Below are positions 11,923 to 24,625 of a DNA stretch of 64,000 bases, piece by piece. Within the stretch, counting starts at the first letter, position 1. Every line of letters starts with the position of its first letter. Both the position numbers and the translations under genes were made by a program. Source of the stretch: Octopus vulgaris (lineage: Eukaryota); assembly GCA_951406725.2 (NCBI GenBank), contig OX597829.1, positions 50,282,001 to 50,346,000 of the forward strand, given 5' to 3'. The notes below the pieces were generated by a model. It was not told the DNA's origin and did not search any database. It worked only from the letters and a program-made list of their open reading frames with translations.

Positions 11923-12700
11923 CACACGTCCATTTCATATACATGTACATCTTCCACTTTAAAACAAAAGTTAATAAATCAAATTTTCTTACGGAAATTA
12001 ATGAACAACACCAGCTGATCCAAATGACAGTTCTGCAAGTCAAAAATGAAGGATGACCAAAAGAAAAACAAAAGTGATTCAACTGGTCATACACCACAAG
12101 GTTCAACAGAACTTAACTGAAGGAAACCGACACATTCGCAGCATTACCAAAGGCGATGGCAATGCTAAGACATTGGAAAAGCCAAGCATCTTCAACAGGC
12201 ATCACTTGACATCTTGGTGAGGCGAGCTGCCAGCGAATAACAAGGACTTTGCCGTAAGCAGCCAGTGCCTCTAAATGTCTCAAGTGCCAGAGGCTGGAAG
12301 AGATAGTTTACTGATTGTTTTTGTTTTGTTTTCATAATTTTTCTTTTATATTTTTGCCAAACTGCAAAACTTCTTTCTGTGACATAAAAATTCAATCGAG
12401 AAAAAACGACTGTTATTAACCACACTTACCTTATTTCTGGTAAGAATTACGTTAAGAGGGTACATGTCTCTATGGAGTGTTCAGACATTTGCTCATTGAT
12501 TTCACAAGCAGGCTGCTCCGTTTATCGAATCATCATCGTAACTGACGCAGTGCCAGTTATGTAAAATTTAAGGTACAACTTTAATATAGAGGTCTCGACG
12601 TGACCCATATCGAATTTAAATGGGAGGTAATCTAGTTTTACCAAAGCTACTGTAAATTCACACAAGCAGTCCTTGTGTAACTCAAAATGGATATATTTGA

Positions 12701-12950
12701 GAGGCGGCGAGCTGGCAGAAACGTTAGCGCGCCGGGCGAAATGCTTAGCGGTATTTCGTCTGTCATTACGTTCTGACATTGCCGTTCTGAGTTCAAATTC
12801 CGCCGAGGTCAACTTCGCCTTTCATCCTTTCGGGGTCGATAAATAAAGTACCAGTTACGCACTGGGGTCGATGTAATCGACTTAATACCTATGTCTGTCC
12901 TTGTTTGTCTCCTCTATGTTTAGCCCCTTGTGGGTAGTAAAGGAATAGAT
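12701..12950 (+). mobile_element. tRNA-derived SINE family C with a Deu/Nin-like core. Other copies: 18407-18822(-), 18897-19270(+), 31088-31480, 36872-37072(-), 41210-41445(-), 42950-43175, 52274-52497(-)
   Basis: Core GCCTTTCATCCTTTCGGGGTCGATAAATAAAGTACCAG; B-box GAGTTCAAATTC; tail TTAGCCCCTTGTGGGYAATAAAGAAATA. Confidence 0.85.
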
Positions 12951-13191
12951 ATTTGAAGTGACGATCCATAGAAGTTGATACATTTTTTGAAAAGTCACAG
13001 AGTATTACACACAAGAGATTTTAGATGTACAGAATATGGGCGAATAATGAGACTAATTGCTGATACAAGCTCAAGAGATGGGCTAAAATATTGTCATCCA
13101 AGTCATAAAGGACAGAAGGAATCAGTAAGGAGTGGAAGTTTTTTTTTTTTTTTTTCTATAGCAATGGGATGCATTGGGACTTCTTTATTTA

Positions 13192-14109
13192 CCGTAAATC
13201 CTCGAGTAGAGTCCACTCTTGAGTATAATAAATACGCTGGGGATTTTTAGGGGGTTGTACCTCTGAAAAACCTAAACCTTGTGTATACTATGCACCCCTT
13301 CTCTAACTTGAGTCAAGGAGGTCTATATAACATACTTGGTTTGTAAAAATGTATACGATAACGTCCTTTATTATTATTGTATATATAACATGTAGCTTTT
13401 TGTGCATTTCGGGATCTTTTCGGTTTGAACGGCAGTTTTTTTCTAGCGGTGTCATATGAAATTGTCACCCATAATTATGACCCTAGTATCGATCTATTGC
13501 ATTTCAATCTATTTTAGGGTTAGGGTTAGGGGTGGGGGAAGGGTATCTTTTTTTTCATCAGAAATGTAAATAAACCCAATCTGTTTCTTAAACGAGGGAC
13601 ATTTTCATACGGCACAGAATGTTTTTGTTTTTTTACCTCAATAGACGTCTGTGATTGGTTGAAATTGCAGAAATTGAAGAAAAAAACAACAAATATCTTA
13701 CAAACTAAGCCAAGAGAAAAAGATGTTTTATAAACACATTCTACCAGTATACGAAGTTTAAAATTTTTTAATTACCTAGAAATTATGTTAAAAACTGCCA
13801 TTCAAACCGAAACGATCCGCATTTTGTTTGCAGAAAATAAAGAAATAACAGTAATAACATTTAATAAATGTTGCTTACTGCAAGTTATGGATGATTCTTT
13901 TATGACTTCATTGCTTTCAGGCTTAGCTTAAGGTATTTTCGTGCCCGACATCACAAAATGCGTCTGAATAAACATTGCCGGACAGCAAATAGAGACTCGG
14001 ACATTGCTTAGTAAATAATTTTCCTTTTTAACCTCGTGCATAGTACGCACTAGGGATTTTGACCTTTAAATTTGGTGGGGAAATGCGGATTATACTCGAG
14101 GATTTGCAG
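13192..14109. mobile_element. Non-autonomous Tc1/pogo-like DNA transposon (TA TSD) with a nested MITE
   Basis: TA|CCGTAAATCCTCGAGTA ... TACTCGAGGATTTGCAG|TA. Confidence 0.75.
13412..13818. mobile_element. GGATC-terminal MITE (sister family) with 8-bp TSD
   Basis: GGATCTTTTCGGTTTGAACGGCAG...CTGCCATTCAAACCGAAACGATCC; TSD GCATTTCG/GCATTTTG. Confidence 0.85.
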
Positions 14110-14163
14110 TAAGTAGTACCAAATTTAATTTCATGGCAATCAGTTACAATGAGGAGACTCTGC

Positions 14164-14825
14164 TTAAATTAATTTAAGGATAACAATTAAGAAAAAAAAA
14201 AACGAAAGGCTAAAACGAAAGGCTTTCGTTTTTTTTACACGCGTAACAATTAAATTAATTTAACAATTAAGGAAAAAAAAATTTAGGGTTAGGGTTAGTG
14301 ACAGGATGTTGTCTCAGTTTTAGACGCAGCAAATGATTTTAGCTCAATTAGAGGCAATTGATTGGTTAAAATTCCCGAAAAATTAAACTACATTAAACAA
14401 ACGAATTAGAATTTTCTCAAGAAAGCCAAGAGAAAAAAATGTTTTATTTCGACACATTCTACCAGTGTACGAAGTTTAAAAGTGTTTAGTTAACTAGAAA
14501 TTGTGTTGACATGTGCCATTCAAAAGGAAAAGATCCATATCTTTTTTTCTTCAGAAATGTAAATAAACCCAATCTGTTTCTTAAACGAGGGACATATTCA
14601 TACGGCACAGAATGTTTTCAACTCAATAGACGTCATTGATTGGTTGAAATTGCAGAAATTGAAGAAAAAACAACAACAAATATCTTACAAACCAATAGAA
14701 TTTTCTCAATAAAGCCAAAAGAAAAAAGATGTTTTATAAACACATTCTACCAGAATACGAAGTTTAAAAGTGTTTAGTTACGTGGAAATTATTTTTAAAA
14801 ACTGCCGTTCAAACCGAAAAGATCC
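14164..14825. mobile_element. Two truncated GGATC-MITE right halves in tandem
   Basis: 14164-14536 matches the 3081-type arm without the A-to-G changes; 14537-14825 matches the 13412-type. Confidence 0.8.
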
Positions 14826-15560
14826 GTATTTTCTTGTTTATATTTAAGCGCTTGAATATAACAGTACAGAAAATGTAGGATGTTATTGCCCTAAGCAAGA
14901 CCTATATTATCACACTGCAAGCTTGATGGTTTCTCGTCTGACTTCTTCCAATTCTTAACTTCCATTTTCTTTGTCGTAATCCCACATGTCACTCCCTGGT
15001 TCATTCGGTCTTTTATTTGCTAGCTGCTGAGTACGAAATTATGAACTCTAAACATGTTTCTGACTTTTTTCTTTCCTCCTAAATATGTTAGACAACTATT
15101 TTTACCAGTTAGTGCACTTTTTGGGAGACCTAGCTACTTTCGTTACCCTCTTTCTCCCCGCCCACCTTCATCATAGTAATGCTTGACTTACGTACGACCT
15201 TCCTCTCTCTCCCTCTCCCTCTTTCTTTTTTTCCTTCCCGCCCACTATTCCAGCCATTACAAAGAATAAGTCCTGGGGGTCGATTTGTTCGACTAAAGGC
15301 GGTGCTCCAGCATGGCCGTAGTCAAATGACTGAAACAAATAAAAGAATATACACACACATACACGACAGACTTCTTTCAAGTTCTGTCAACCAAATCGAC
15401 TCACACGGCTATGGGCTGCATGGTACTGTAATAAAAGACAATTCCCTAAGGTGCCACAAAGTGGGATTGAACTGAAAAACACATGATTAGGAAGCAAACT
15501 TTTTAATTATGCAGCCAAATTTATATAATATGTAGAAAATTTAAATAACTGATTACTCAC

Positions 15561-15670
15561 GAAGAACAGCTTCTTGCTTCTTTTTTTCGAGTTTACGAAT
15601 GAGCTGAGCAACTCCTGGGTCTTGGTACATATCAAATGCCAAGTCGTCCAATGGCGAAATATAATCTGGC
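15561..15670 (-). CDS. CEP104: CEP104 coding exon: (R)PDYISPLDDLAFDMYQDPGVAQLIRKLEKKKQEAVL
   Basis: ttttttgctag|GCCAGAT...GTTCTTC|gtgagt, 110 nt (1+108+1). Contains the diagnostic DYISPLDDLAFDMYQDP motif. Confidence 0.96.
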
Positions 15671-16059
15671 CTAGCAAAAAACAAACAACAACAACAACAA
15701 ACCGTATAGTATCACTGAGCAACTATAGACACACGCCAACACACACACACACACATGTTTAATTACAAGGATCTATATATATATATTATATATGAGGAGT
15801 GCTAAAAAGTTCCTTGGTTTTTGAGGATAAGCTAATTATGATTTTATTCAGTGCATTCCCTTTCTCCAATTCACACACTTATCGCAACACTCCTTCAGAG
15901 TTTCTAAGCCCTGTAAAAAGAACTCAGAAGGTTGGGCCTCCAACCAGGCCTTTCATGATACCCTTAAGGCCAGGAACTTTACAGCATTCCCTCATATGTA
16001 TATATATAAGGCATATATTACGTAATCAATACAGCAGTTTGGTGAAACACGTGTATGTT

Positions 16060-16586
16060 CCATAAAGAATTGAATACCATAGTTTTCTGTTATTATTTCT
16101 ATTATTTGGCTTATAATCCCTGGTGGGAAAAGCAGCAGGATTCAGCTCCTTCTCCTTGTCATACTTCCAGAAACAAGTCAGAAATGGTTACCAGAGAATT
16201 TCTAAGACTCTACCAGCCCCAATTTCTGGCCTCTTAATTCCCCTGATTGTAATCCCATGGATTATTATATGTGGGGTTCACTTGAGAAAGACACCAACTA
16301 GCTCTGCTTGCTACACCAAGGCTGAACTGGTGGTCAAGACTGAGGAGGCCCCTAATGATCTTCCTGGGTTTACAGTGGGGAACACATGTGCCAGGTTCCA
16401 GGATCACCTTGAGGGGCTGAGGTAGAAGCTGAGGGTGGTTACTTTGACTAAACTCTTATCTCTCTCAGCTATACCCTAACTTGATATTTTTTTATTTTTT
16501 TTTAAATACTTTTATTTTAGGATGGGATGTTGTTTTTTTTTTTTTCCTTTCAGGCAAATTGTCAAATTTAGCCTGAACATCCTGTA
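16060..16586 (+). mobile_element. Degenerate Tc1/mariner (maT-like) transposase 3' relic
   Basis: Frames give NSPDCNPMDYYMW...TKAELV...CARFQDHLE...EAEGGYFD*; terminus CATCCTG|TA. Confidence 0.75.
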
Positions 16587-17502
16587 CACATGCATGCTCA
16601 CACACACACACACACGCACGCACACACACACATACACACACATACACACACACACACGTTATCATTTCACTTAATCATTGTTGTACTGATAACCCGTTGT
16701 TAGGACTCAATATACACACAAAAGTTATTAATTGATTTCATGTTGGCTGGATTGATTATTGATATGTGTTTATATGTGTTTATTGTCAAAACTGTGTCAG
16801 CATTTGACAAACACTAGATGTCTTCAATCTGCTTATTTACTAACCAGAATTAATATACCCTTAACAACAGTCGTACCTGGTGAGACACAACTAAAGTTTT
16901 ATTGTGTTTTGCTTTTGTTTACTTCCTACCTGAATTAAGGTTGTTTAACTTGAAACAGTAATTTACATGTTACTCCAGAGTGTACAAAATTGTTGAAATT
17001 TATGGACTTTGAATTGTGAAGAGTGGTGTATGACAGCATCCGACAGTCTGGTCGATACTGGGATGCTGTGATGAACTTTACTGAGGATAAATGAATTAAG
17101 GTGAATTGAGATATCGTTTAGTCTGAGTTGTAAATTAATATTTGGCGTGTAAACATAGAATGATGAAAATCCATACGTTAAATAAAGATTATCGGGGAAA
17201 TGTATGGTGTTGGTACGGGATGTGGGATTATGAGGCATGGTGAGCAAGCATCAAGGAGGACAAGACTGAGGTTGATAACATCCGGCTGCAGCACTGGATT
17301 AACCATTAAGCAAAATAAGCATGTACTCAGGGAATCAAAGGATGGTTGGTGGTGGTGGTGGTGGTGTGAGGCAACCATAGAAATGGTAAATGGTTTACAA
17401 TACAAAAGAAATCACTTTAATCTTGCTGAAATATTTGAAGTGGTTTATATGATCATAAGATATAATTTCAAAGGGTTCATTGTGTCATAACAAGTATCAA
17501 GT

Positions 17503-17873
17503 AGGCGCAGGAGCGGCTGTGTGGTAAGTAGCTTGTTTACCAACCACATGGTTCCAGGTTCAGTCCCACCTTGGGCAAGTGCCTTCTACTATAGCCTTGG
17601 GCCGACCAAAGCCTTGTGAGTGGATTTGGTAGACGGAAACTGAAAGAAGCCCGTCGTATATATATATGTGTGTGTGTCTGTGTTTGTCCCCCTAGCATTG
17701 CTTGACGACCGATGCTGGTGTGTTTATGTCCCCATTACTTAGCAGTTCGGCAAAAGAGACCGATAGAATAAGTACTGGGCTTACAAAAGAATAAGTCCCG
17801 GGGTCGAGTTGCTCGACTAAAAGGCGGTGCTCCAGCATGGCCGCAGTCAAATGACTGAAACAAGTAAAAGAGT
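17503..17873 (+). mobile_element. tRNA-derived SINE family B, near full length. Other copies: ~32436-32807(-), 40716-41136(-), 47955-48450(-), 63085-63478(-), 22050-22715
   Basis: Head GGCGCAGGAGYGGCTGTGTGGTAAG...GGTTCAGTCCC with A/B-box-like motifs; tail GGCGGTGCTCCAGCATGGCCGCAGTC...AAGTAAAAGAG. Confidence 0.85.
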
Positions 17874-19365
17874 ATCTGATCAAAGAGTTTGCAATTAATT
17901 AAAAAAAAGTAGGAGAAAACTTTTCAAATATAAATTAAGTGGAAGTTTACAAAAACAAACATTATTTTCCATCTTATTGTTAGTTTTATTTCATTTCGAA
18001 AATTAAACATTTATGATTTATTATTGTCTATATTTTGAATTACGTTTACTTATAGGGATACCAAAATCTTTTCAGTGCGTAGGACTTCCAGGGGTCTTAA
18101 TCCAGCCCTGACCAGCTACAAAAACCCATCTGTCTTTGGGATTCTGTCAAGCCTTCTCCACTCAAACTCATCTTCTAAAACAGATTCTTCTGTCCATCTC
18201 CTTCGACGCCCTACTTCTTTCCTTCACTCACCCCACATCACTGAACTGAAATTTTCTATGTCCAACTCATTCCCTGTCTTTAATCATCTGTCAAGCCCTC
18301 CCCACTTTCCCGCTCTAACATATTTTTATTCATATAATTTGCCACAAGGGCATTACATAGATGTAGCTGCGGCCCGGACATTACATTAATGAGATGAAAT
18401 AATAACCTATTTCTTTACTACCCACAAGGGGCTAAACACAGAGGGGACAAACAAGGACAGATACACGGATTAAGCCGATTACATCGACCCCAGTGCGTAA
18501 CTGGTACTTATTTAATCGACCCCGAAAGGATGAAAGGCAAAGTCGACCTCGGCGGAATTTGAACTCAGAACATAGCGGCAGGCGAAATACCTATTTCTTT
18601 ACTACCCACAAGGGGCTAAACATAGAGGGGACAAACAAGGACAGACACACGGATTAAGCCGATTACATCGACCCCAGTGACTAACTGGTACTTATTTAAT
18701 CGACCTTGAAAGGACGAAAGGCTAAGTCGACCACGGCGGAATTTGAACTCAGAACGTAGCGGCAGACGAAGCACCGCTAAGCATTTCACCCAGTGTGCTA
18801 ACGATTCTGCCAGCTCGCCGCCAATGATAACCGAAATTATGATATTAATGAGAGGACCAAAAGACGCCCACAGATCTGCTTCTCTAACATACTTAGGGCA
18901 AAGTGCTTAGCCGTATTTCGTCTGCCGTTACATTCTGAGTTCAAATTCCGCCGAGGTCAACTTTGCCTTTCATTCTTTCGGGGTCGATAAATAAAGTACC
19001 AGTTTTGCACTGGGGTCGATATAATCGACTCAATCCCTTCGTCTGTCCTTGTTTGTCCCCTCTATGTTTAGTCCCTTGTGGGTAGTAAAGAAATAGGTAT
19101 TTCGTCTGCCGTTACGTTCTGAGTTCAAATTCCGCAGAGGTCAACTTTGCCTTTCATCCTTTCGGGGTCGATAAATAAAGTACCAGTTTTGCACTGGGGT
19201 CGATATAATCGACTCAGTCCCTTCGTCTGTCCTTGTTTGTCCCCTCTATGTTTAGTCCCCTGTGGGCAATAAAAAAATATATACTTACCAAGCCACCCCA
19301 TCCATCTTTTATTCTTCTATTTTTATTCTCTTTTTCATATTCAGCTTAAACCTTGACCTCAAATT

Positions 19366-19428
<63 letters not shown>

Positions 19429-19699
19429 CCAGCCATGTGGTTGGAAAACAGGCTTCTTACCACACTGCCACTCCTTCGCCTATGCAGACATTTATCACCA
19501 ACAACACTGTAAACGTTTTTGTCTGTCGCCACCGCCACCGTTATAATATCATCTACATATTTATTAATCGATATATTTGTGTGAACACTTAAACGGGTAT
19601 GTGAACTGTGTACCATGGAGAAATTATAGGTTGATGTGATGAGTGAAAAGAGAGAAATAACACTCTGATTAACGAATCAGACAACAGCAACAACAAGGG

Positions 19700-20160
19700 G
19701 GGGGGGGGGTGAAGTAGTGGGGGAGCAGTAGCAGCAGGAAGGAGAAGGAGGAGGAGTAGGTGGAGAAGCAGGAAGGAGAAGTAGGAGGAAGAGGAGAGAA
19801 GAAGAAAAAGTAGGAGGAGGTGGAGCAGCAGGAAGGAGGAGGAGGAGAAGATGAAAAAGTAGGAGGAGGTGGAGCAGCAGGAAGGAGAAGAAGTAGGAGG
19901 AGGTGGAGAAGCAGGGAGGAGAAGCATTAGGAGAAGTAGCAGGAAGAGGAGAAGAAGAAAAAGTAGGAGGAGGTGGAGCAGCAGGAAAGAAGAATTAGAA
20001 GGAGGAGGAGAAGAAGAAGAGGAGGAGGTGACGCAACAAGAAGGAGGAGAAGAAGAAAAGTAGGAGGTGAAACAGCAGGAAGAAGGAGGAGAAGAAGAAT
20101 TAGGAGGAGGAGGGGAGAAGAAAAAGAAGAACAACAACGACAATAGCAACAACGAAGACA
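19700..20160. repeat. Purine-rich (GGA/GAA) low-complexity tract
   Basis: Directly visible. Confidence 0.9.
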
Positions 20161-20179
20161 CAAGTAAAACAACAATTAC

Positions 20180-20241
20180 CTATTAAATCCAGCCAAAGGA
20201 GATTCTTTGTCTTGGTTTTGGATTTCTTCCGGATCCATCAC
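20180..20241 (-). CDS. CEP104: CEP104 coding exon (variable linker): VMDPEEIQNQDKESPLAGFN(R)
   Basis: ctccatctttag|GTGATG...AATAG|gtaatt, 62 nt (60+2). Its phases bridge exactly between the 24.6 kb and 15.6 kb exons; the sequence itself is poorly conserved. Confidence 0.8.
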
Positions 20242-23200
20242 CTAAAGATGGAGAATGATTATAATTACAATCTTTGAAATCAAAATTCTCTGATTTCCTT
20301 GTTCCAAACTATAAGCTTTAAGTTCCATTAAGATCTTTATTTGTCCAAACACTGGAAATTCTAAGTTCTATAGAATCTTCATCATCATCATCATTTAGCG
20401 TCCGTTTTCCATGCTAGCATGGGTTGGATGGTTCAACTGGAGTCTGTGAAGCCGCAAGGCTTCATCAGGCCCAGTCAGATCTGGCAGTGTTTCTATGGCT
20501 GGATGCCCTTCCTAACGCCAACCACTCCATGAGTGTAGTGGGTACTTTTTACAGGTGCCAGACAGAGCTGGCAAACGGCCACGAACGGATGGTGCTTTTA
20601 TGTGCCACCGGCACGGGGGCCAAGCGAGGCTGGCAACGGACACGAGCGGATGGTGCTTTTACGTGCCACCGGCACGGGGACCAGGCGAGGCTGGCAATGG
20701 ACACGAATGGATGGTGCTTTTACATGCCACCGGCACGGAGGCCAGACGGGGTGGCGCCGGCAATGACCACAATCGGATGGTTCGCTTAACCCCAGCTGCA
20801 ATTTCCACTGATGTTGATCGACCTCAATTTTGGTTCTGCTTTCTGATATCTGATTTGATTTGGTTTGATTTTAATTTTGATTTTGACTGTTCTCACTGGT
20901 CTTGCCGGGTCTTCTCACGCACAGCATACTTCCATAGGTCTCGGTCTCTAGTCATTTCCTTGGTGAGACCTAAAGTTCGAAGGTCGTGCTTCACCACCTC
21001 ATCCCAGGTTTTCCTGGGTCTACCTCTTCCACAGGTCCTCTACCTCTTCATTCCAAATTCTCATATATGTTAGAATTACATTGGATGTTCTGAACCAGCA
21101 TTTCTCAGCCATTTTTTTTTTGTCAAATGTCCTAGATAACTAAACATATGACACAGGTATGGCTGTATGATAAGAAACTTGCTTCTCAATTACATGGTCC
21201 CGGGCTCAGTCCCAGTGTGTGGTACCTTGCACAAGTTTCTGCTGCAATAGCCTCAGGTTAACCAAAGCCTTGTGATAGGATTTGTAGACTGAAACTGAAA
21301 TGAAGCCTGTTGTGTGTGTATGTGGTTGGCATTAGGAAGGGCATCGAGCTGTAGAAACCTTGCCAGAACGGATTGGGGCCTGGTGCAGCCTCCTGGCTTG
21401 CTAGTCCTTAGTCAAACCATCCAACTCATGCCAGCATGGAAAACAGATGCTAAATGATGATGATGATGATGATATATATATATATTACATAATATCATAT
21501 ATATATATATATATACTATATATATATATATGATATTATTATATTATATATTATATATTACATAATATATATATATATATATTATATAGAGGGTACCCTC
21601 TATATAATATAAATAAATATTTTCAAAGTGGAAAAATTTACAGATTTTTTTCTCTTACGAGGTTTTTCACGCTAACTACTGATAATTTCTTATAAAGATT
21701 TTATCCGGAGTGGTTGGCGTTAGGAAGGGCATCCAGCTGTAGAAACACTGCCAGATCTGACTGGCCTGGTGCAGCCTTCGGGCTTGCCAGACCCCAGTTG
21801 AACCGTCCAACCCATGCTAGCATGGAAAGCGGACGTTAAACGATGATGATGATGATGATATACTATATATATACTATATATATATGATATTATTATATTA
21901 TATATTACATAATATATATATATATATTATATCTTACATAATATATATATATATATATATATATTACATAATATATATATATTACATAATATCGAGGTCT
22001 CTTTCTTTCTTTTGTTATCTTACCGTTTTTATGAATATATATGACTGTGTAGAAAGAAGCTTGCTTCCCGATCACATGGTTCCAGGATCAGTTTCACTGT
22101 GTGGCACCTTGGGCAAGTGTCTTCTACTATAGCTTCAGGCCGACGAAAGCCTTGTGAGTGGATTTGGTAGACAGAAACTGAAAGAAGCCCATCTTGCACC
22201 CCAGTGTCATGGAAATGGCACCCGTGCCAGTGGCATGTAAAAGCACCCATTACACTCTTGGAGTGGTTGGCATTAGGAAGGGCATCCAGCCATAGAAAAC
22301 CATGCCAAATTAGACTGGAGTCTGGTGCAGCCTTCCAGCTTACCAGCCCTGCATGGCAGCTTGGGCAAGTGTTTTCTACTATAGCCTCAGGCCAACCAAA
22401 GCCTTATAAGTGGATTTGGTAAACAGAAAAATGCCTATTGTATATATATGTGTGTGTGTGTGTGGGTACATTTGTGTATGTGCATGTGTATGTGTGTGGG
22501 TGTGTGTGTGTGTGTTTGTCCCCCACCACTGCTTGACAACTGGTGTTTACATCCCTGTAACTTAGCAGTTCAGCAAAAGAGAGACCAATAGAATAAGTAC
22601 TGGGCTTAACAAAAAGAAAAAAATTAAGTCCTGGGGTCAATTCATTCGACTATAAATACTTCAAGGTGGTGCTCCAGCATGGCCACAGTCAAATGACTGA
22701 AACCAGTAAAAGAAAAAAAAGATTACAATCCGTTTTGATAAATGATTTTGACATATTTCCACAAGTGTTTCGTACTTGATTTTCCTCTTCAGTGTTGGGT
22801 TTCAGGTGGGGAGTTTTAAAAATTTCATTTTTGGATCTTAAAAATGTTTGTTCTTTTAAATGTGTTTGCTGAGACTGATGTAAAGTTAGATAAACTGAAT
22901 GAAGTTGAGGTTTATTTTTTCCTTTTATTTCTTAAAAAACAAAAAAAGACGAAACTGGAAATGATGTAATTTGAGGTTTTCCTGTATATACCTCTATCTT
23001 TGTTTATCTTTGATGCTTTCATCACTGAACTTAGATAACACAGCACATACAATTGTGAACCGTGTCATGTTTCTCATAAATTGATGAGATAACATCGGGT
23101 GGCAATGATACTTTGTAGTTACTTATTTTTTTATTATTTACTGATTATGTTATTAAATTTTACACTAAACATCATTCCAACCATGAAACAATAACATAAT

Positions 23201-23792
23201 ATGTGATCAATATGTTGATCAGAATATTGATATATTAGATCAATATTTCGTCAGTCCTCTTTACACTTAAAATATTGAAATATTTTGTGTCTTGAGATGT
23301 CATATCTCAGCATTGATCTTATTATGCTCATCAACCATTTTTAGTTGTAACACTGTCAATTTTTATGACTCGTGTTCTTTATGTAAAGATGTTTATAACA
23401 TAGACATACGACAATCGTTCTGAAAAATTCACAAAATCCAGGCACTTTTCCTAAACTCAAAAAGGAAAATTTCTGGAAGCTCTCCTCATGAATGGAAATT
23501 TATTTTGACAATGTTGTCATGCCTACTTCTGGATTACAGAACGACATATATACATATTGCTTATGCACTTTACCCACGGCTTACACCAATCCATGGGAAA
23601 TAACTCCTCTTTCTCCCTTGGAAATGTTATAATTTTTTTTACTACGTTTTATGCCGTTTCTTTTAAATAAAATCTCGCCACTCAACATAGAAGAGATTAT
23701 GCACTTCCAGCCGTTATGTCTGAACTGTTCTCAATACTGCTTAAGTGCAACAGTCAGCATGAAACTGCCATTAACATTCTAACTAGTTTATA

Positions 23793-24177
23793 TGGAAGCA
23801 CTCCGTCGGTTACGACGACAAGGGTTCCGGTTGATCCGAATCAACGGAACAGCCTGCTCGTGAAATTAACGTATAAGTGGCTGAGCACTCCACAGACACG
23901 TGTACCCTTAACGTAGTTCTCGGGGATATTCAGCGTGACACAGAGAGTGACAAGGCCGGCCCTTTGAAATACAGGTACAACAGAAACAGGGAGTAAGAGT
24001 GAGAGAAAGTTGTGGTGAAAGAGCACAGCAGGGATCACCACCATCCCTGCCGGAACCTTGTGGAGCTTTCAGTGTTTTCACTCAATTAACACTCACAACA
24101 CCCGGTCTGGGAATCGAAACCGCGATCCTATGACCGCGAGTCCGCTGCCCTAACCACTGGGCCATTGCGCCTCCACT
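23793..24177 (-). mobile_element. tRNA-derived SINE family D, long form. Other copies: 26626-26972(+), 58432-58806(-); short forms at 38352-38570 and 46731-46940
   Basis: Head GGCGCAATGGCCCAGTGGTTAGGGCAGCGGACTCGCGG...GGTTTCGATTCC; TSD ACTAGTTTATA on both sides. Confidence 0.85.
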
Positions 24178-24568
24178 ACTAGTTTATATATCATTACCAG
24201 TAATATGCTGTTGGACAATATATAAAAATATAACCTCTCTATTACTCATATTGAGCATATTTTTTTTCTTAAATTTTTAAGAAGTTCTACTTGTTGGATA
24301 GATTTGTATAAGAAAATATGGATAATAAAACTCCCCCACAGTAAATTTGATTATAACAATCTGCAAATTTATTTTTTTCAAAGAAAAAAAAAAGAAAAAA
24401 AAAGAAAGGGAGAGGGCATTTGTAAAATGACCTTTAGTGTGAGGGGACACTGAACCACAAAAGCACGAGGAAAACTGAGCTAGAATATTCTTGTGAAGAA
24501 CAGCAACAGTGAACGTTATCAGTTTTGACAGATGTAAAATATAAGAGTCAAAGTAGCTTTATTCTTAC

Positions 24569-24625
24569 TGGAGTAGATTCTTCTTGTAGCCTGTCACCAA
24601 TAATGTTGATAGCAACCACACTGAT
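24569..24625 (-). CDS. CEP104: CEP104 coding exon: ISVVAINIIGDRLQEESTP
   Basis: ttttctatgtag|ATCAGT...ACTCCA|gtaaga, 57 nt, phase 0/0. Matches VALVAINIIGD. Confidence 0.93.

Larger units (their letters stand above)
8362..12058. mobile_element. Old TIR element (arms ~8362-8580 and ~11830-12058) enclosing a palindromic insert and the TATG array
   Basis: GGTCATCTTTCATTTTGACTTGCAGGAATGTCATT at 8362 is the reverse complement of AATGACAGTTCTGCAAGTCAAAAATGAAGGATGACC ending at 12058. Similarity extends through the (GA)n/(TC)n tracts. Confidence 0.75.

Noticed and set aside
24100-24177. tRNA-like sequences (also at 26626, 38352 and 46731)
   Set aside because: These are SINE heads with A/B boxes that continue into SINE bodies; no complete cloverleaf.
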